DNA of 64,000 bases from an uncultured Burkholderiales bacterium (GTDB lineage: Bacteria; Pseudomonadota; Gammaproteobacteria; Burkholderiales; CAZDFJ01), in NCBI GenBank assembly GCA_964504875.1, contig CAZDFJ010000011.1, positions 45 to 64,044 of the forward strand, written 5' to 3'. The stretch's first letter is position 1. Each line of letters opens with the position of its first letter. This document shows positions 38,215 through 47,309 of this stretch, in pieces. The position numbers were made by a program, and so were the translations under genes. Below the pieces are notes generated by a model. That model saw nothing but the letters and a program-made list of their open reading frames with translations. It was not told the origin of the DNA and ran no database searches.

Positions 38215-39066
38215 TTATTGCCCTTGGTTCATTTTGTGGAGTTCTTTAATTAAGCGATGGGTTTCAGGACGGAGCCCGCGCCATAAGAAAAACGATTCGG
38301 CCGCTTGTTCAACAAGCATGCCAATGCCATCATGGATTTCAATAACCCCTTGTGTTTGTGCAAAGGCTAAAAAAGGCGTTAGTCCTTTGCCGTACATCAT
38401 GTCATAAGCGAGACTTTGCGGATGAAAAGCAGTAGGCGGTATAGGTAATGCTTCGCCATGTAAGCTACTTGAAGTGGCATTAATGATGAGATCAAAACTA
38501 CCATGTGTATTAATATAGGCTCCAAGATTGTAATAATCAATCACTTCAATAGGCATATAATTTGCAAATTGTAATGCTAAATCCCGTGCTTTTTCGACAG
38601 TGCGGTTTACTAAACAGACAGTGTGGGGGTGTGCTAAAATCAGGGGTAACAAAACACCCCGTGCCGCCCCGCCAGCCCCTAAAATCAAAATCCGTTTATT
38701 TTCAATAGGAAAGGCTAAATTATTTTGAATGTCCCGAACAAGCCCCACGCCATCTGTATTATCGCCTAAGATGACCCCTGTTTCTGGCTCAAAAAGAAAA
38801 GTATTCACAGCATGGGCGGCGCGCGCGCGTTCTGTCAAATCATGTGCCAGGGTATACGCCTCTTGTTTAAAGGGAACGGTGATATTTAAACCTTTTCCGC
38901 CGCCCACACGAAAAGCATGTACAATTTCTTTAAAACCATCTATTGGGGCTAAAATAGATGAATAAATTAATTCTTGTTCTGTTTGACGGGCAAAAGTCGC
39001 GTGAATAAATGGGGATTTACTATGACTAATCGGATTGCCAACGACTGCATAATGATCAAGACTCAT
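38215..39066 (-). CDS. aroE: Shikimate dehydrogenase
   Basis: VVGNPISHSKSPFIH, NITVPFK, GDNTDGVG and LGAGGAARG motifs. The ORF-track start at 39081 abuts the U-tract of the ppsA terminator, so the ATG at 39066 is an equally plausible start. Confidence 0.9.
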   Translation of the reverse strand: MSLDHYAVVGNPISHSKSPFIHATFARQTEQELIYSSILAPIDGFKEIVHAFRVGGGKGLNITVPFKQEAYTLAHDLTERARAAHAVNTFLFEPETGVILGDNTDGVGLVRDIQNNLAFPIENKRILILGAGGAARGVLLPLILAHPHTVCLVNRTVEKARDLALQFANYMPIEVIDYYNLGAYINTHGSFDLIINATSSSLHGEALPIPPTAFHPQSLAYDMMYGKGLTPFLAFAQTQGVIEIHDGIGMLVEQAAESFFLWRGLRPETHRLIKELHKMNQGQ

Positions 39067-39082
39067 TTTTGAAATTTCCATT

Positions 39083-39111
39083 AAAAAAACCCCCTCATTT
39101 TTGAGGGGGTT
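39083..39111 (-). terminator. Intrinsic terminator of ppsA
   Basis: 10-bp stem aaccccctca (39088-39097) / tgagggggtt (39102-39111), 4-nt loop. On the minus strand it is followed by a 7-nt U-run. It lies 27 nt after the ppsA stop. Confidence 0.85.
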
Positions 39112-39137
39112 TCAGACCTAAAAAGATAGTCTATCAA

Positions 39138-41528
39138 TTAGCTTTTTTTCGCTTGTTCAGCTAAATATAACCATGTTTCGATCACAGTGTCTGGATTTAA
39201 AGAGACACTTTCGATCCCTTGTTTTACAAGCCAATCCGCCAAATCAGGGTGATCTGAAGGACCTTGTCCACAAATACCGACATATTTGCCCGCTTTGCGG
39301 CAAGCTTCAATGGCTATGCTCAGCAATTTTTTCACCGCTGGATTCCGCTCGTCAAAGAGATCGGCCACTAAACCAGAATCCCGATCCAACGCCAATGTTA
39401 ATTGTGTCAAATCGTTTGAACCAATAGAGAAACCATCAAAGTATTCTAAGAATTCTTCTGCTAATAAAGCATTCGATGGAATTTCGCACATCATGATCAA
39501 TTTGAGACCATTTGACCCACGTTTGAGGCCATTTTCTTCTAAAAGTGCGACAACTTGACGGGCTTCATCCACAGTACGAACAAATGGAATCATGACTTGA
39601 ATATTGGTTAAGCCCATTTCGTCCCGTACTTTACGGACCGCGCGACATTCTAGTTCAAAACAATCTCTAAAATTGGGGGCAATATAACGAGAGGCGCCAC
39701 GGAACCCAATCATTGGATTTTCTTCGTCTGGTTCATAGTCATGACCAGCAATCATGTTGGCATATTCGTTTGATTTAAAATCAGAAAGACGCAAAATTAC
39801 AGGTTTTGGATAAAAAGCGGCCCCTAAAGTTGCAATCCCTTCAACCAATTTCTCAACATAGAAATTGACTGGGTTTTCGTAGCCAGAAGAATGTTTATTA
39901 ATGACTTCAACGAGTTCGTCAGAAAGATTTGGATATTCCAAAATGGCTTTTGGATGAATCCCAATCATGCGATTAATAATGAATTCTAAACGGGCTAAAC
40001 CAATTCCAGCGTTAGGTAAACCTTGGAAATCAAAAGCGCGTTCTGGATTCCCAACATTCATCATAATTTTAACAGGCGCGTCAGGTAATTGGGTCAACGT
40101 GACATCAATGACTTCGTGATCTAATAAACCTTCGTAAATATAGCCTGTATCCCCTTCCGCGCAAGAAACAGTAACGTGATCGCCTTCAATCAAAACGCGA
40201 GTCGCATTACCACACCCTACTACGGCAGGAATACCTAATTCACGGGCAATAATCGCTGCATGGCAAGTCCGGCCGCCGCGATTTGTCACAATCGCTGAGG
40301 CTTTTTTCATGACGGGTTCCCAATCTGGATCTGTCATATCTGCCACAAGCACATCGCCCTCTTGAACACGACCCATTTCACTTGTATCGCGAATCACCCG
40401 GACCGTACCTTTTCCGATTTTTTGCCCGATTGCGCGACCTGTCACAAGAACATTTCCTTTTTCTTTCAGGCGGAAACGGCGTAATGTGTCTGATTTTTGC
40501 TCTTGAGATTTAACAGTTTCTGGGCGCGCTTGTAAAATATAAATTTTGCCATCGATTCCATCACGACCCCATTCAATATCCATTGGACGGTCATAATGTT
40601 TTTCAATAATCATGGCGTATTTTGCCAGCTCCATTGCTTCGTCATCCGTAATAGAGAATTGATGACGATCTTCTTCTGGAACAGGAATTGTTTTCACAGA
40701 ACGCCCTGCTTCACGGGTCTCTGTAAAGATCATTTTGGTGGCTTTGGTGCCAATACGACGACGTAAAACCGCGTGACGGCCTGCTGTTAAAGCAGGTTTA
40801 TACACATAAAATTCATCTGGATTGACCGCCCCTTGCACAACATTTTCACCTAAACCATAAGAAGCGGTAATAAAGACCACATCTTTAAAACCAGATTCTG
40901 TGTCAATGGTGAACATCACGCCACTCGCTGCTTTGTCAGAACGCACCATGCGTTGAATCCCAGCAGATAAAGCGACTTCACTATGTGCAAATCCTTGATG
41001 CACACGATAAGCAATCGCGCGATCATTATATAAGGAAGCGAAAACATGTTTAATGGCAATTAAAACATTTTCAATGCCATGAATATTTAAGAACGTCTCT
41101 TGTTGTCCAGCAAAAGAAGCATCAGGCAAATCTTCTGCGGTGGCTGAGGAACGCACGGCCACTTCTGTGTTTGGACCAGCTTCGTCAAGCATTTTGACAT
41201 AAGCTTCACGAATTTCTTGTTCCAAACGGGCTTGGAAAGGAGAATCAATCAATAATTGACGAATTTCCGCCCCAGCTTGTGTCAGAGCACTAACATCTTC
41301 GATGTCTAATGTTTTCAGACGGGCATCAATGCGATCGGTTAGGTTATTTTCAGCAAGGAAATCGCGGAAAGCTTCCGCTGTAGTCGCAAAACCGCCTGGA
41401 ACACGCACTCCAGTGCTGGCAAGTTGGCTAATCATTTCCCCTAAAGAGGCGTTTTTTCCACCGACTGTTTCAACGTCGGTCATACGTAACGTGTCAAACC
41501 AAGCGATATACTGTTTTTCTTGTACCAT
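39138..41528 (-). CDS. ppsA: Phosphoenolpyruvate synthase
   Basis: 796 aa with an ATP-grasp N-terminus ([11 protein letters not shown]), the phospho-histidine swivel block [21 protein letters not shown] and a PEP-utilizer TIM-barrel C-terminus. Confidence 0.95.
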   Translation of the reverse strand: MVQEKQYIAWFDTLRMTDVETVGGKNASLGEMISQLASTGVRVPGGFATTAEAFRDFLAENNLTDRIDARLKTLDIEDVSALTQAGAEIRQLLIDSPFQARLEQEIREAYVKMLDEAGPNTEVAVRSSATAEDLPDASFAGQQETFLNIHGIENVLIAIKHVFASLYNDRAIAYRVHQGFAHSEVALSAGIQRMVRSDKAASGVMFTIDTESGFKDVVFITASYGLGENVVQGAVNPDEFYVYKPALTAGRHAVLRRRIGTKATKMIFTETREAGRSVKTIPVPEEDRHQFSITDDEAMELAKYAMIIEKHYDRPMDIEWGRDGIDGKIYILQARPETVKSQEQKSDTLRRFRLKEKGNVLVTGRAIGQKIGKGTVRVIRDTSEMGRVQEGDVLVADMTDPDWEPVMKKASAIVTNRGGRTCHAAIIARELGIPAVVGCGNATRVLIEGDHVTVSCAEGDTGYIYEGLLDHEVIDVTLTQLPDAPVKIMMNVGNPERAFDFQGLPNAGIGLARLEFIINRMIGIHPKAILEYPNLSDELVEVINKHSSGYENPVNFYVEKLVEGIATLGAAFYPKPVILRLSDFKSNEYANMIAGHDYEPDEENPMIGFRGASRYIAPNFRDCFELECRAVRKVRDEMGLTNIQVMIPFVRTVDEARQVVALLEENGLKRGSNGLKLIMMCEIPSNALLAEEFLEYFDGFSIGSNDLTQLTLALDRDSGLVADLFDERNPAVKKLLSIAIEACRKAGKYVGICGQGPSDHPDLADWLVKQGIESVSLNPDTVIETWLYLAEQAKKS

Positions 41529-42219
41529 ATTGATTTAAAGAAAAAATCAGATTAAAGAACGAGCAGTGAGTTGATCATCAATCTCAACGAATTTATGAAA
41601 AAGCGTTTTTTGTATCATACGATTATTTCAAGCCGTATTATACACAAGATCCCTTTTCAACAATGCTTAATTTTGAGAGAAAAATAAAAAAACTTCAGAA
41701 GCATCAATAAAATGAGTATTTATCTACTTCATTTTTCTCTAAAATTTTTCATTCAGTTTTGCAGAATTACACTGTTAAATTTCTTTTTTTGAAAAATTAA
41801 GCACGTCCCTTCATCTCTTTTTCTTTTTGCTCCATAAATTTTTTAATAAAAACGAAATATAAACAAAAAGGAATTAGTTATTTAAGAATCCGTATTTTTT
41901 GTTATATGATCCAGTGCTGAATAATTTCAACATGTCTTGCATGTTGTTTATTTTATCGAACGTCAGCAGAAATGCTTGCGTTTTGATTCAGTCTTTTGGT
42001 TTTTAATCTGTCCCATCCTATTGGAATCACATTATGACTGAATATCTTATTTTCGCAAGATTTCTCTCTGTCATTTTCTTTATTTTTCGTATTTTTTTAG
42101 AAAAATTCAAACAAAAATCAGACACTTGGATAGAAGGCGGATTCAGATGACGCCATCTTTTTTGCGCGTGCGGTTCTCACACGATCGCATTTTCTTTTCG
42201 ACCTTAAAAAGGCATCCTT

Positions 42220-43068
42220 ATGAAATTACGGTTCAGTTTTTTCCTCATTTTATCGTGTTGTTGCCAGACTGTATATGCTCAAGAACAGAAAAACACTTTT
42301 TCCCTTCCAGAAACAATAAGACAACAGACAATACAACAATTACGCGTATTGTATCCGAATATTTCACTTGATGCTTATCAATATGGCGCTTTTGCATTTA
42401 ATTCTGATGCAAAAGCACAATATGACAACATTATGGAATTTCCCCCTTTTGAAAATCAGTTGCAAATTGGAAAAAATTTATGGGAAGCGCCTTTTCAAAA
42501 TGGTAAAACTTATGCACATTGTTTTCCTCATCAAGGGAAAAATATTGCAGGAAATTATCCTTATTTTGATGAAAAAAAACAAAAAGTAATCACTTTTGAA
42601 ATGGCATTAAATCAGTGCCGCATGGATAATGGCGAAAAACCATATGCTTATCAGGATAAAACGACAATGGGCTTACTAGCTGTCTACGCGCGGAGTCTAT
42701 CAGATGGAATGCCGATTCATATTGTAGTAAAAACGCAAGGGGCCCAAGCTGCTTTTGAAAAAGGGAAAAATTTTTATTATACGCGACGAGGCCAACTTAA
42801 TTTTTCATGTGCAAGTTGTCATGTACAGAATGCGGGAAAACGTTTGCGCTCAGAAACGTTATCTTCGTTGATTGGGCAAGTGACGCAATTTCCAGTGTTT
42901 CGAGGGGGGGATCAGGTGACAACACTTCATATGCGTTATGATGTTTGTTTAAAGCAATTGCGGGCTGAGCCGTTACCGTTTGCAAGTGAAGATTATAATA
43001 ATCTGGAGTATTTTCAAACGTACATGAGTAATGGTTTTAAAATTAAAGCCGGTGTTTTTCGGAAGTAA
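42220..43068 (+). CDS. soxA: SoxA-type c cytochrome (L-cysteine S-thiosulfotransferase subunit), monoheme variant
   Basis: 282 aa with a signal peptide. It is colinear with my recollection of Paracoccus SoxA over GKNFYYTRRGQLNFSCASCHVQNAG...FPVFR...MRYDVCLKQLRAE...LEYFQTYMSNG. There is one CxxCH (CASCH). The N-terminal heme site reads AHCFPHQG and so is lost. Confidence 0.8.
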   Translation: MKLRFSFFLILSCCCQTVYAQEQKNTFSLPETIRQQTIQQLRVLYPNISLDAYQYGAFAFNSDAKAQYDNIMEFPPFENQLQIGKNLWEAPFQNGKTYAHCFPHQGKNIAGNYPYFDEKKQKVITFEMALNQCRMDNGEKPYAYQDKTTMGLLAVYARSLSDGMPIHIVVKTQGAQAAFEKGKNFYYTRRGQLNFSCASCHVQNAGKRLRSETLSSLIGQVTQFPVFRGGDQVTTLHMRYDVCLKQLRAEPLPFASEDYNNLEYFQTYMSNGFKIKAGVFRK

Positions 43069-43079
43069 AGACAAGAAAA

Positions 43080-43155
<76 letters not shown>

Positions 43156-43778
43156 ATCAAAAAGAGGAGGAGCGGTATATTTTTATCATTCTAATCATAA
43201 TCAAATAGATTAGATTTATTTCTGATAAAATATAACCGCTTTTTATTATAGCAATCCCCACCCAAAAAAACAAGATGTGGCAATGCAACATGGTGCCTCC
43301 TATTATGGTTCAATAATTATCACAGAATCTCCCAAAATGATCTTTCTCTTCCGTTGATTTCAGAGAGAAAAACCATCGATTGCTTAACAAAACGACTATC
43401 ATCCTTTAAAATCAATAATAATTAGAATTTTTTTTGCCAATTATAGGGTGTGATTTAAAAATTCGAATCTTTCTCAAGCGCGAGAAAAAATTGTTTTCTT
43501 GATCAAAAGAAGATAAAAATAAAAAATTTGTTCTGTGCTGAGTGATTTATGTGTTAGTCAACGAGGAAGATTGAGTAAAAATAAGCGAAAAGTCATGCCA
43601 TTTGGGTTTATTTTTAAAACATGTTAGACTACGAACGAGCCTCTACACGAGGAAAACCTGTTGAAAAATTTCATTTTTGCACGTGGCGTTCATACGTTCA
43701 AACTTGTTTTTGCCTCCAGAGAAATCACGGGTATAGCGTGTTTTCTCGATTTACTTTTGAAATTACAGACGATATTTT

Positions 43779-45146
43779 ATGAAACAACCTGAACTTTTAT
43801 TACCAGCGGGCAGTTTGGATAAAATGCGGGCGGCTTATCGTTTTGGTGCCGATGCCGTTTATGCAGGTCAACCGCGCTATTCTTTGCGGGCACGTAACAA
43901 CGAATTTAGTAAATTAGAAGTGCTCGATCAAGGCATTCAAGAAGCCCATGCATTGGGCAAACTTTTCTTTGTGGCCAGTAATTTAATGCCACATAACGCC
44001 AAAGTGAAAACTTATTTAGCGGATATTGAACCTGTGATTGCCATGAAACCCGATGCACTGATTATGGCGGATCCTGGATTAATCATGTTAGTCCGTGAAA
44101 AATTTCCGGAAGTACCGATTCATTTGTCTGTGCAAGCTAATACTGTGAATTATCAGACAGTAAAATTTTGGCAAAAACTGGGGTTAACACGTATTATTTT
44201 GTCCCGTGAATTATCTCTGGATGAAATTGAAGAAATCAGACAAGAATGTCCTGAAATGGAACTTGAAGTTTTTGTACATGGTGCCTTATGTATTGCGTAT
44301 TCTGGGCGGTGTTTGCTTTCTGGTTATTTTAATCATCGCGATCCAAATCAAGGCACATGTACGAATTCATGTCGTTGGGAATACAAAGTACAAAATGCTG
44401 AAGAAGATGCTTCTGGTGATATTCGACCATTAGATTTTAATTTTCATGCGGCTATGGAAGAGGCGAATCAACAATTTGCGGCATGCGGACAACAAGAACG
44501 TCATCCACTTGCTAATCAAATTTATTTAATCGAAGAAAAAAATCGTCCGGGCGAATTAATGCCCATCTTGGAAGATGAGCATGGGACGTATATCATGAAT
44601 TCGAAAGATTTGCGGGCAATTGAACACGTAGAACGGCTGATCAAAATAGGCATTGACTCACTCAAAGTTGAAGGGCGCACTAAATCGATTTATTATGTCG
44701 CACGGACGGCCCAAATTTATCGACAAGCCATCGAAGATGCTTTAGCAGGCCGGCCCTTTAATTATGGATTATTAGGGGCATTGGAAGGTTTGGCAAATCG
44801 TGGGTATACGGATGGTTTTTATCAGCGACATCATACGCATGAATATCAGAATTATATGCAAAGTCATTCTTTGATGGATAAACAACAGTTTTCTGGTGAA
44901 ATTACCGCTTATGATATCCAAACAGGAACCGCCATTGTCTATGTAAGAAATCGGTTTCAAGTGGGCGACAAAATTGAAGTCATTCATCCCGAAGGTAATC
45001 TGGTTTTTACATTAAATATTTTGCTGAATCAGAAAGATGAACCGATCGAGATTGCGCATGGTAGCGGACATGTTGTGAAAGTGCGTCTTCCTGATCCGGT
45101 TAAGTATGACTTAACGCATGGATTTTTGGCCCGATTTGTATCATAA
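43779..45146 (+). CDS. U32-family peptidase-like protein (YegQ/TrhP-type)
   Basis: 455 aa starting MKQPELLLPAGSLDKMRAAYRFGADAVYAG, with SRELSLDEI and EVFVHGALCIAYSGRCLLS blocks typical of U32 proteins. The size matches the YegQ class. Confidence 0.8.
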   Translation: MKQPELLLPAGSLDKMRAAYRFGADAVYAGQPRYSLRARNNEFSKLEVLDQGIQEAHALGKLFFVASNLMPHNAKVKTYLADIEPVIAMKPDALIMADPGLIMLVREKFPEVPIHLSVQANTVNYQTVKFWQKLGLTRIILSRELSLDEIEEIRQECPEMELEVFVHGALCIAYSGRCLLSGYFNHRDPNQGTCTNSCRWEYKVQNAEEDASGDIRPLDFNFHAAMEEANQQFAACGQQERHPLANQIYLIEEKNRPGELMPILEDEHGTYIMNSKDLRAIEHVERLIKIGIDSLKVEGRTKSIYYVARTAQIYRQAIEDALAGRPFNYGLLGALEGLANRGYTDGFYQRHHTHEYQNYMQSHSLMDKQQFSGEITAYDIQTGTAIVYVRNRFQVGDKIEVIHPEGNLVFTLNILLNQKDEPIEIAHGSGHVVKVRLPDPVKYDLTHGFLARFVS

Positions 45147-45215
45147 CAATAAACAACCCGCTTAGGCACAATCAATGCCTGACCGTTTCTATTCAAACCA
45201 GCGGTGTTATTTTTG

Positions 45216-45248
45216 CTGAACAGAATCGCAAAAAAGTATTCTGTTCAG
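45216..45248. promoter_or_regulatory. Perfect 11-bp inverted repeat upstream of the PilZ gene
   Basis: ctgaacagaat (45216-45226) / attctgttcag (45238-45248) with an 11-nt spacer. No U-run follows on either strand. It ends 25 nt before the ATG at 45274. Confidence 0.5.
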
Positions 45249-45273
45249 TTCAGAAATAGCGAGCCAGTCGAGT

Positions 45274-45699
45274 ATGGAAAATGAAAATATGGTTCAAGAT
45301 TTTATTACAGGATTAGATTTGAGAGAAAAAGAACATAGACAACATACTCGTGTCGTGGCACGAAGTAAAGTGGCGATTTTGCTTCCTAACCGAAAAATTG
45401 TACATATGTCTATGTTAGATATTTCAGTAGGCGGTTTCTCTGCGTTACATGATACGATTAATTTACCTCCGGACATTAAGGTACAAGTTGCGTTTAAATT
45501 GCCGCATTATGCTCATATTGAAGATCGTGAAATTCATGCTATTTGTCGTGTGGTTTATAATTCTTTTTTGGCGGCGCATCAGCGATTTCGTATTGGTTTT
45601 GAATTTGTTCGCTTTAAAGATCCGCAGATGGAAGAGATTATTACAGAATATGTGGATCATTGTAGTACAGTGATTCAACCTAATCCTCGTTTATTTTAA
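45274..45699 (+). CDS. PilZ-domain protein (putative c-di-GMP receptor)
   Basis: 141 aa with the RxxxR motif (RQHTR) and D.S.GG motif (DISVGGFS) at the usual spacing. Confidence 0.8.
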   Translation: MENENMVQDFITGLDLREKEHRQHTRVVARSKVAILLPNRKIVHMSMLDISVGGFSALHDTINLPPDIKVQVAFKLPHYAHIEDREIHAICRVVYNSFLAAHQRFRIGFEFVRFKDPQMEEIITEYVDHCSTVIQPNPRLF

Positions 45700-45714
45700 T
45701 CCGCAAGGTCTATC

Positions 45715-45888
45715 ATGAAGCAATTATTCGTACTGACGTTAATTTGTTTGAGTTTAACCGCTTGTGGAAAAAAAGGCCCCCTGTATTTGCCTGATCCAAA
45801 TAACCCTAAAAAGGTGGTGACGCCGCCGCCGGCGACACAAGAGGAACCCACTTCTAGCACAAAAAATGTTAAAACAATAGAAGAATAA
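45715..45888 (+). CDS. lptM: Small lipoprotein LptM (YifL family)
   Basis: 57-aa ORF below the ORF-track cutoff: MKQLFVLTLICLSLTACGKKGPLYLPDP..., with lipobox LTAC followed by the conserved GKKGPLYLP block. It lies immediately upstream of lysA, a common position for this family. Confidence 0.8.
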   Translation: MKQLFVLTLICLSLTACGKKGPLYLPDPNNPKKVVTPPPATQEEPTSSTKNVKTIEE

Positions 45889-45970
45889 TTTCTGACTGGT
45901 GTGATATCAATTCATAAATTGGATCGGTTACTTATTATAATTTTTATAAAATTAATTAGGAATAATCAAA

Positions 45971-47254
45971 ATGGTTTCTCTTAAAACTGAGTTTCAAACA
46001 GACAGTTTTATAAATTATCAAGCACAAACACTTCACATAGAAAATGTGAGTTTGCAAACAATTGCTGCCCAATTTGGAACACCCACTTATGTTTATTCCC
46101 ATGCAGCGCTCACACAAGCGTATCAACGTTATGCCCACGCTTTTGGTGAAAAAACCCGTGTATGTTATTCCGTAAAAGCGAATTCCAATTTGGCAATTTT
46201 GCAATGTTTTGCTCAATTAGGCGCTGGTTTTGATATTGTTTCTGGTGGTGAATTAGAGCGCGTCTTGGCGGCGGGCGGCAATCCACAGCGGGTTATTTTT
46301 TCTGGGGTTGGGAAAACCGAAGCGGAAATGCAGCGCGCACTTGAGGTGGGTATTCATTGTTTTAATGTTGAATCAGAAAGTGAATTGTTTCGGCTCAATC
46401 AAGTTGCTAAGTCATGTGATCGAATTGCCCCGATTTCGTTACGCGTGAATCCGAATATTGACGCAAAAACCCATCCTTATATTTCTACAGGGCTGAAAGA
46501 AAATAAATTTGGGATTCCACATGAAGAAGCCCTGAATTTGTATCAAATCGCACACAGTTTATCACATCTTAAAGTGATAGGAATTGATTGTCATATTGGT
46601 TCGCAATTAACAGAATTAAGTCCGTTTTTAGAGGCGTTGGATCGAATTTTAGGGATTATTGATGCTTTAGCAGAAAAAAATATTCAGATTGAGCATTTAG
46701 ATATTGGCGGGGGCGTGGGTATTTTTTATCAAGATGAAGCGACGATTAATTTAGAAGAATATGCCGCCGCGGTCCGAAAAAAATTGGCGGGGCATTGTTT
46801 AACGCTTGTCTTAGAACCTGGCCGTTCTCTTGTTGGGAATGCGGGGGTTTTGCTGACAAAAGTTGAATATTTAAAATATAATGCTGAGAAAAATTTTGCA
46901 ATTATTGATGCGGCAATGAATGATTTAATACGTCCAACATTATATGATGCTTATCATGAAGTTTTGCCAGTGGTGCAATATGAATCTGAAGAAAGTTCTT
47001 TGCTCAATAAAATATATGATTTAGTTGGGCCGATTTGCGAAACTGGCGATTTTTTAGCAAAAAATAGAGTCTTGCCCATTAAAGAAAAAGATATTTTAGC
47101 TGTTTTGTCAGCGGGCGCCTATGGTATGAGCATGAGTTCAAATTATAATACACGTGCTCGTCCTGCGGAGGTGATGATCAAAGGCAATGATATTTTCGTG
47201 ATTCGAAAGCGTGAACAAATTCACGATTTATTTGCTCTCGAACAACTCATATAG
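45971..47254 (+). CDS. lysA: Diaminopimelate decarboxylase
   Basis: 427 aa with YSVKANSN (PLP lysine), HIGSQ, LDIGGGVGI, EPGRSLVGNAG and GPICETGD blocks. Confidence 0.95.
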   Translation: MVSLKTEFQTDSFINYQAQTLHIENVSLQTIAAQFGTPTYVYSHAALTQAYQRYAHAFGEKTRVCYSVKANSNLAILQCFAQLGAGFDIVSGGELERVLAAGGNPQRVIFSGVGKTEAEMQRALEVGIHCFNVESESELFRLNQVAKSCDRIAPISLRVNPNIDAKTHPYISTGLKENKFGIPHEEALNLYQIAHSLSHLKVIGIDCHIGSQLTELSPFLEALDRILGIIDALAEKNIQIEHLDIGGGVGIFYQDEATINLEEYAAAVRKKLAGHCLTLVLEPGRSLVGNAGVLLTKVEYLKYNAEKNFAIIDAAMNDLIRPTLYDAYHEVLPVVQYESEESSLLNKIYDLVGPICETGDFLAKNRVLPIKEKDILAVLSAGAYGMSMSSNYNTRARPAEVMIKGNDIFVIRKREQIHDLFALEQLI

Positions 47255-47260
47255 CGATTA

Positions 47261-47299
47261 AAAAAAGAAAAACCACGCATCATCAGGTTTATGCGTGGT
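47261..47299 (-). terminator. Intrinsic terminator of the chemoreceptor gene (between convergent lysA and MCP)
   Basis: Stem accacgcat (47272-47280) / atgcgtggt (47291-47299), 10-nt loop. On the minus strand it is followed by tttttcttttttt. Confidence 0.75.
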
Positions 47300-47309
47300 C
47301 TGTGTAAAA

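Noticed and set aside
42034-42150. 38-codon ORF (MTEYLIFARFLSVIFFIFRIFLEKFKQKSDTWIEGGFR) with a hydrophobic N-terminal half, upstream of soxA
   Set aside because: It has no convincing Shine-Dalgarno sequence. Hydrophobic F/I/L-rich translations are expected by chance in T-rich DNA. Without conservation or expression data it cannot be supported.
42126-42371. 81-aa ORF overlapping the soxA start
   Set aside because: It lies in a different frame from the well-supported soxA gene. It has no heme motif, so it is not a hidden soxX, and it has no start context.
43156-43778. Possible integrated element or attachment site next to tRNA-Thr (623-bp non-coding stretch on one side, soxA plus 691 bp non-coding on the other)
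   Set aside because: There is no integrase, transposase or phage gene. I could not find a direct repeat of the tRNA 3' end in the flanking 1.5 kb. The composition looks the same as the rest of the window.
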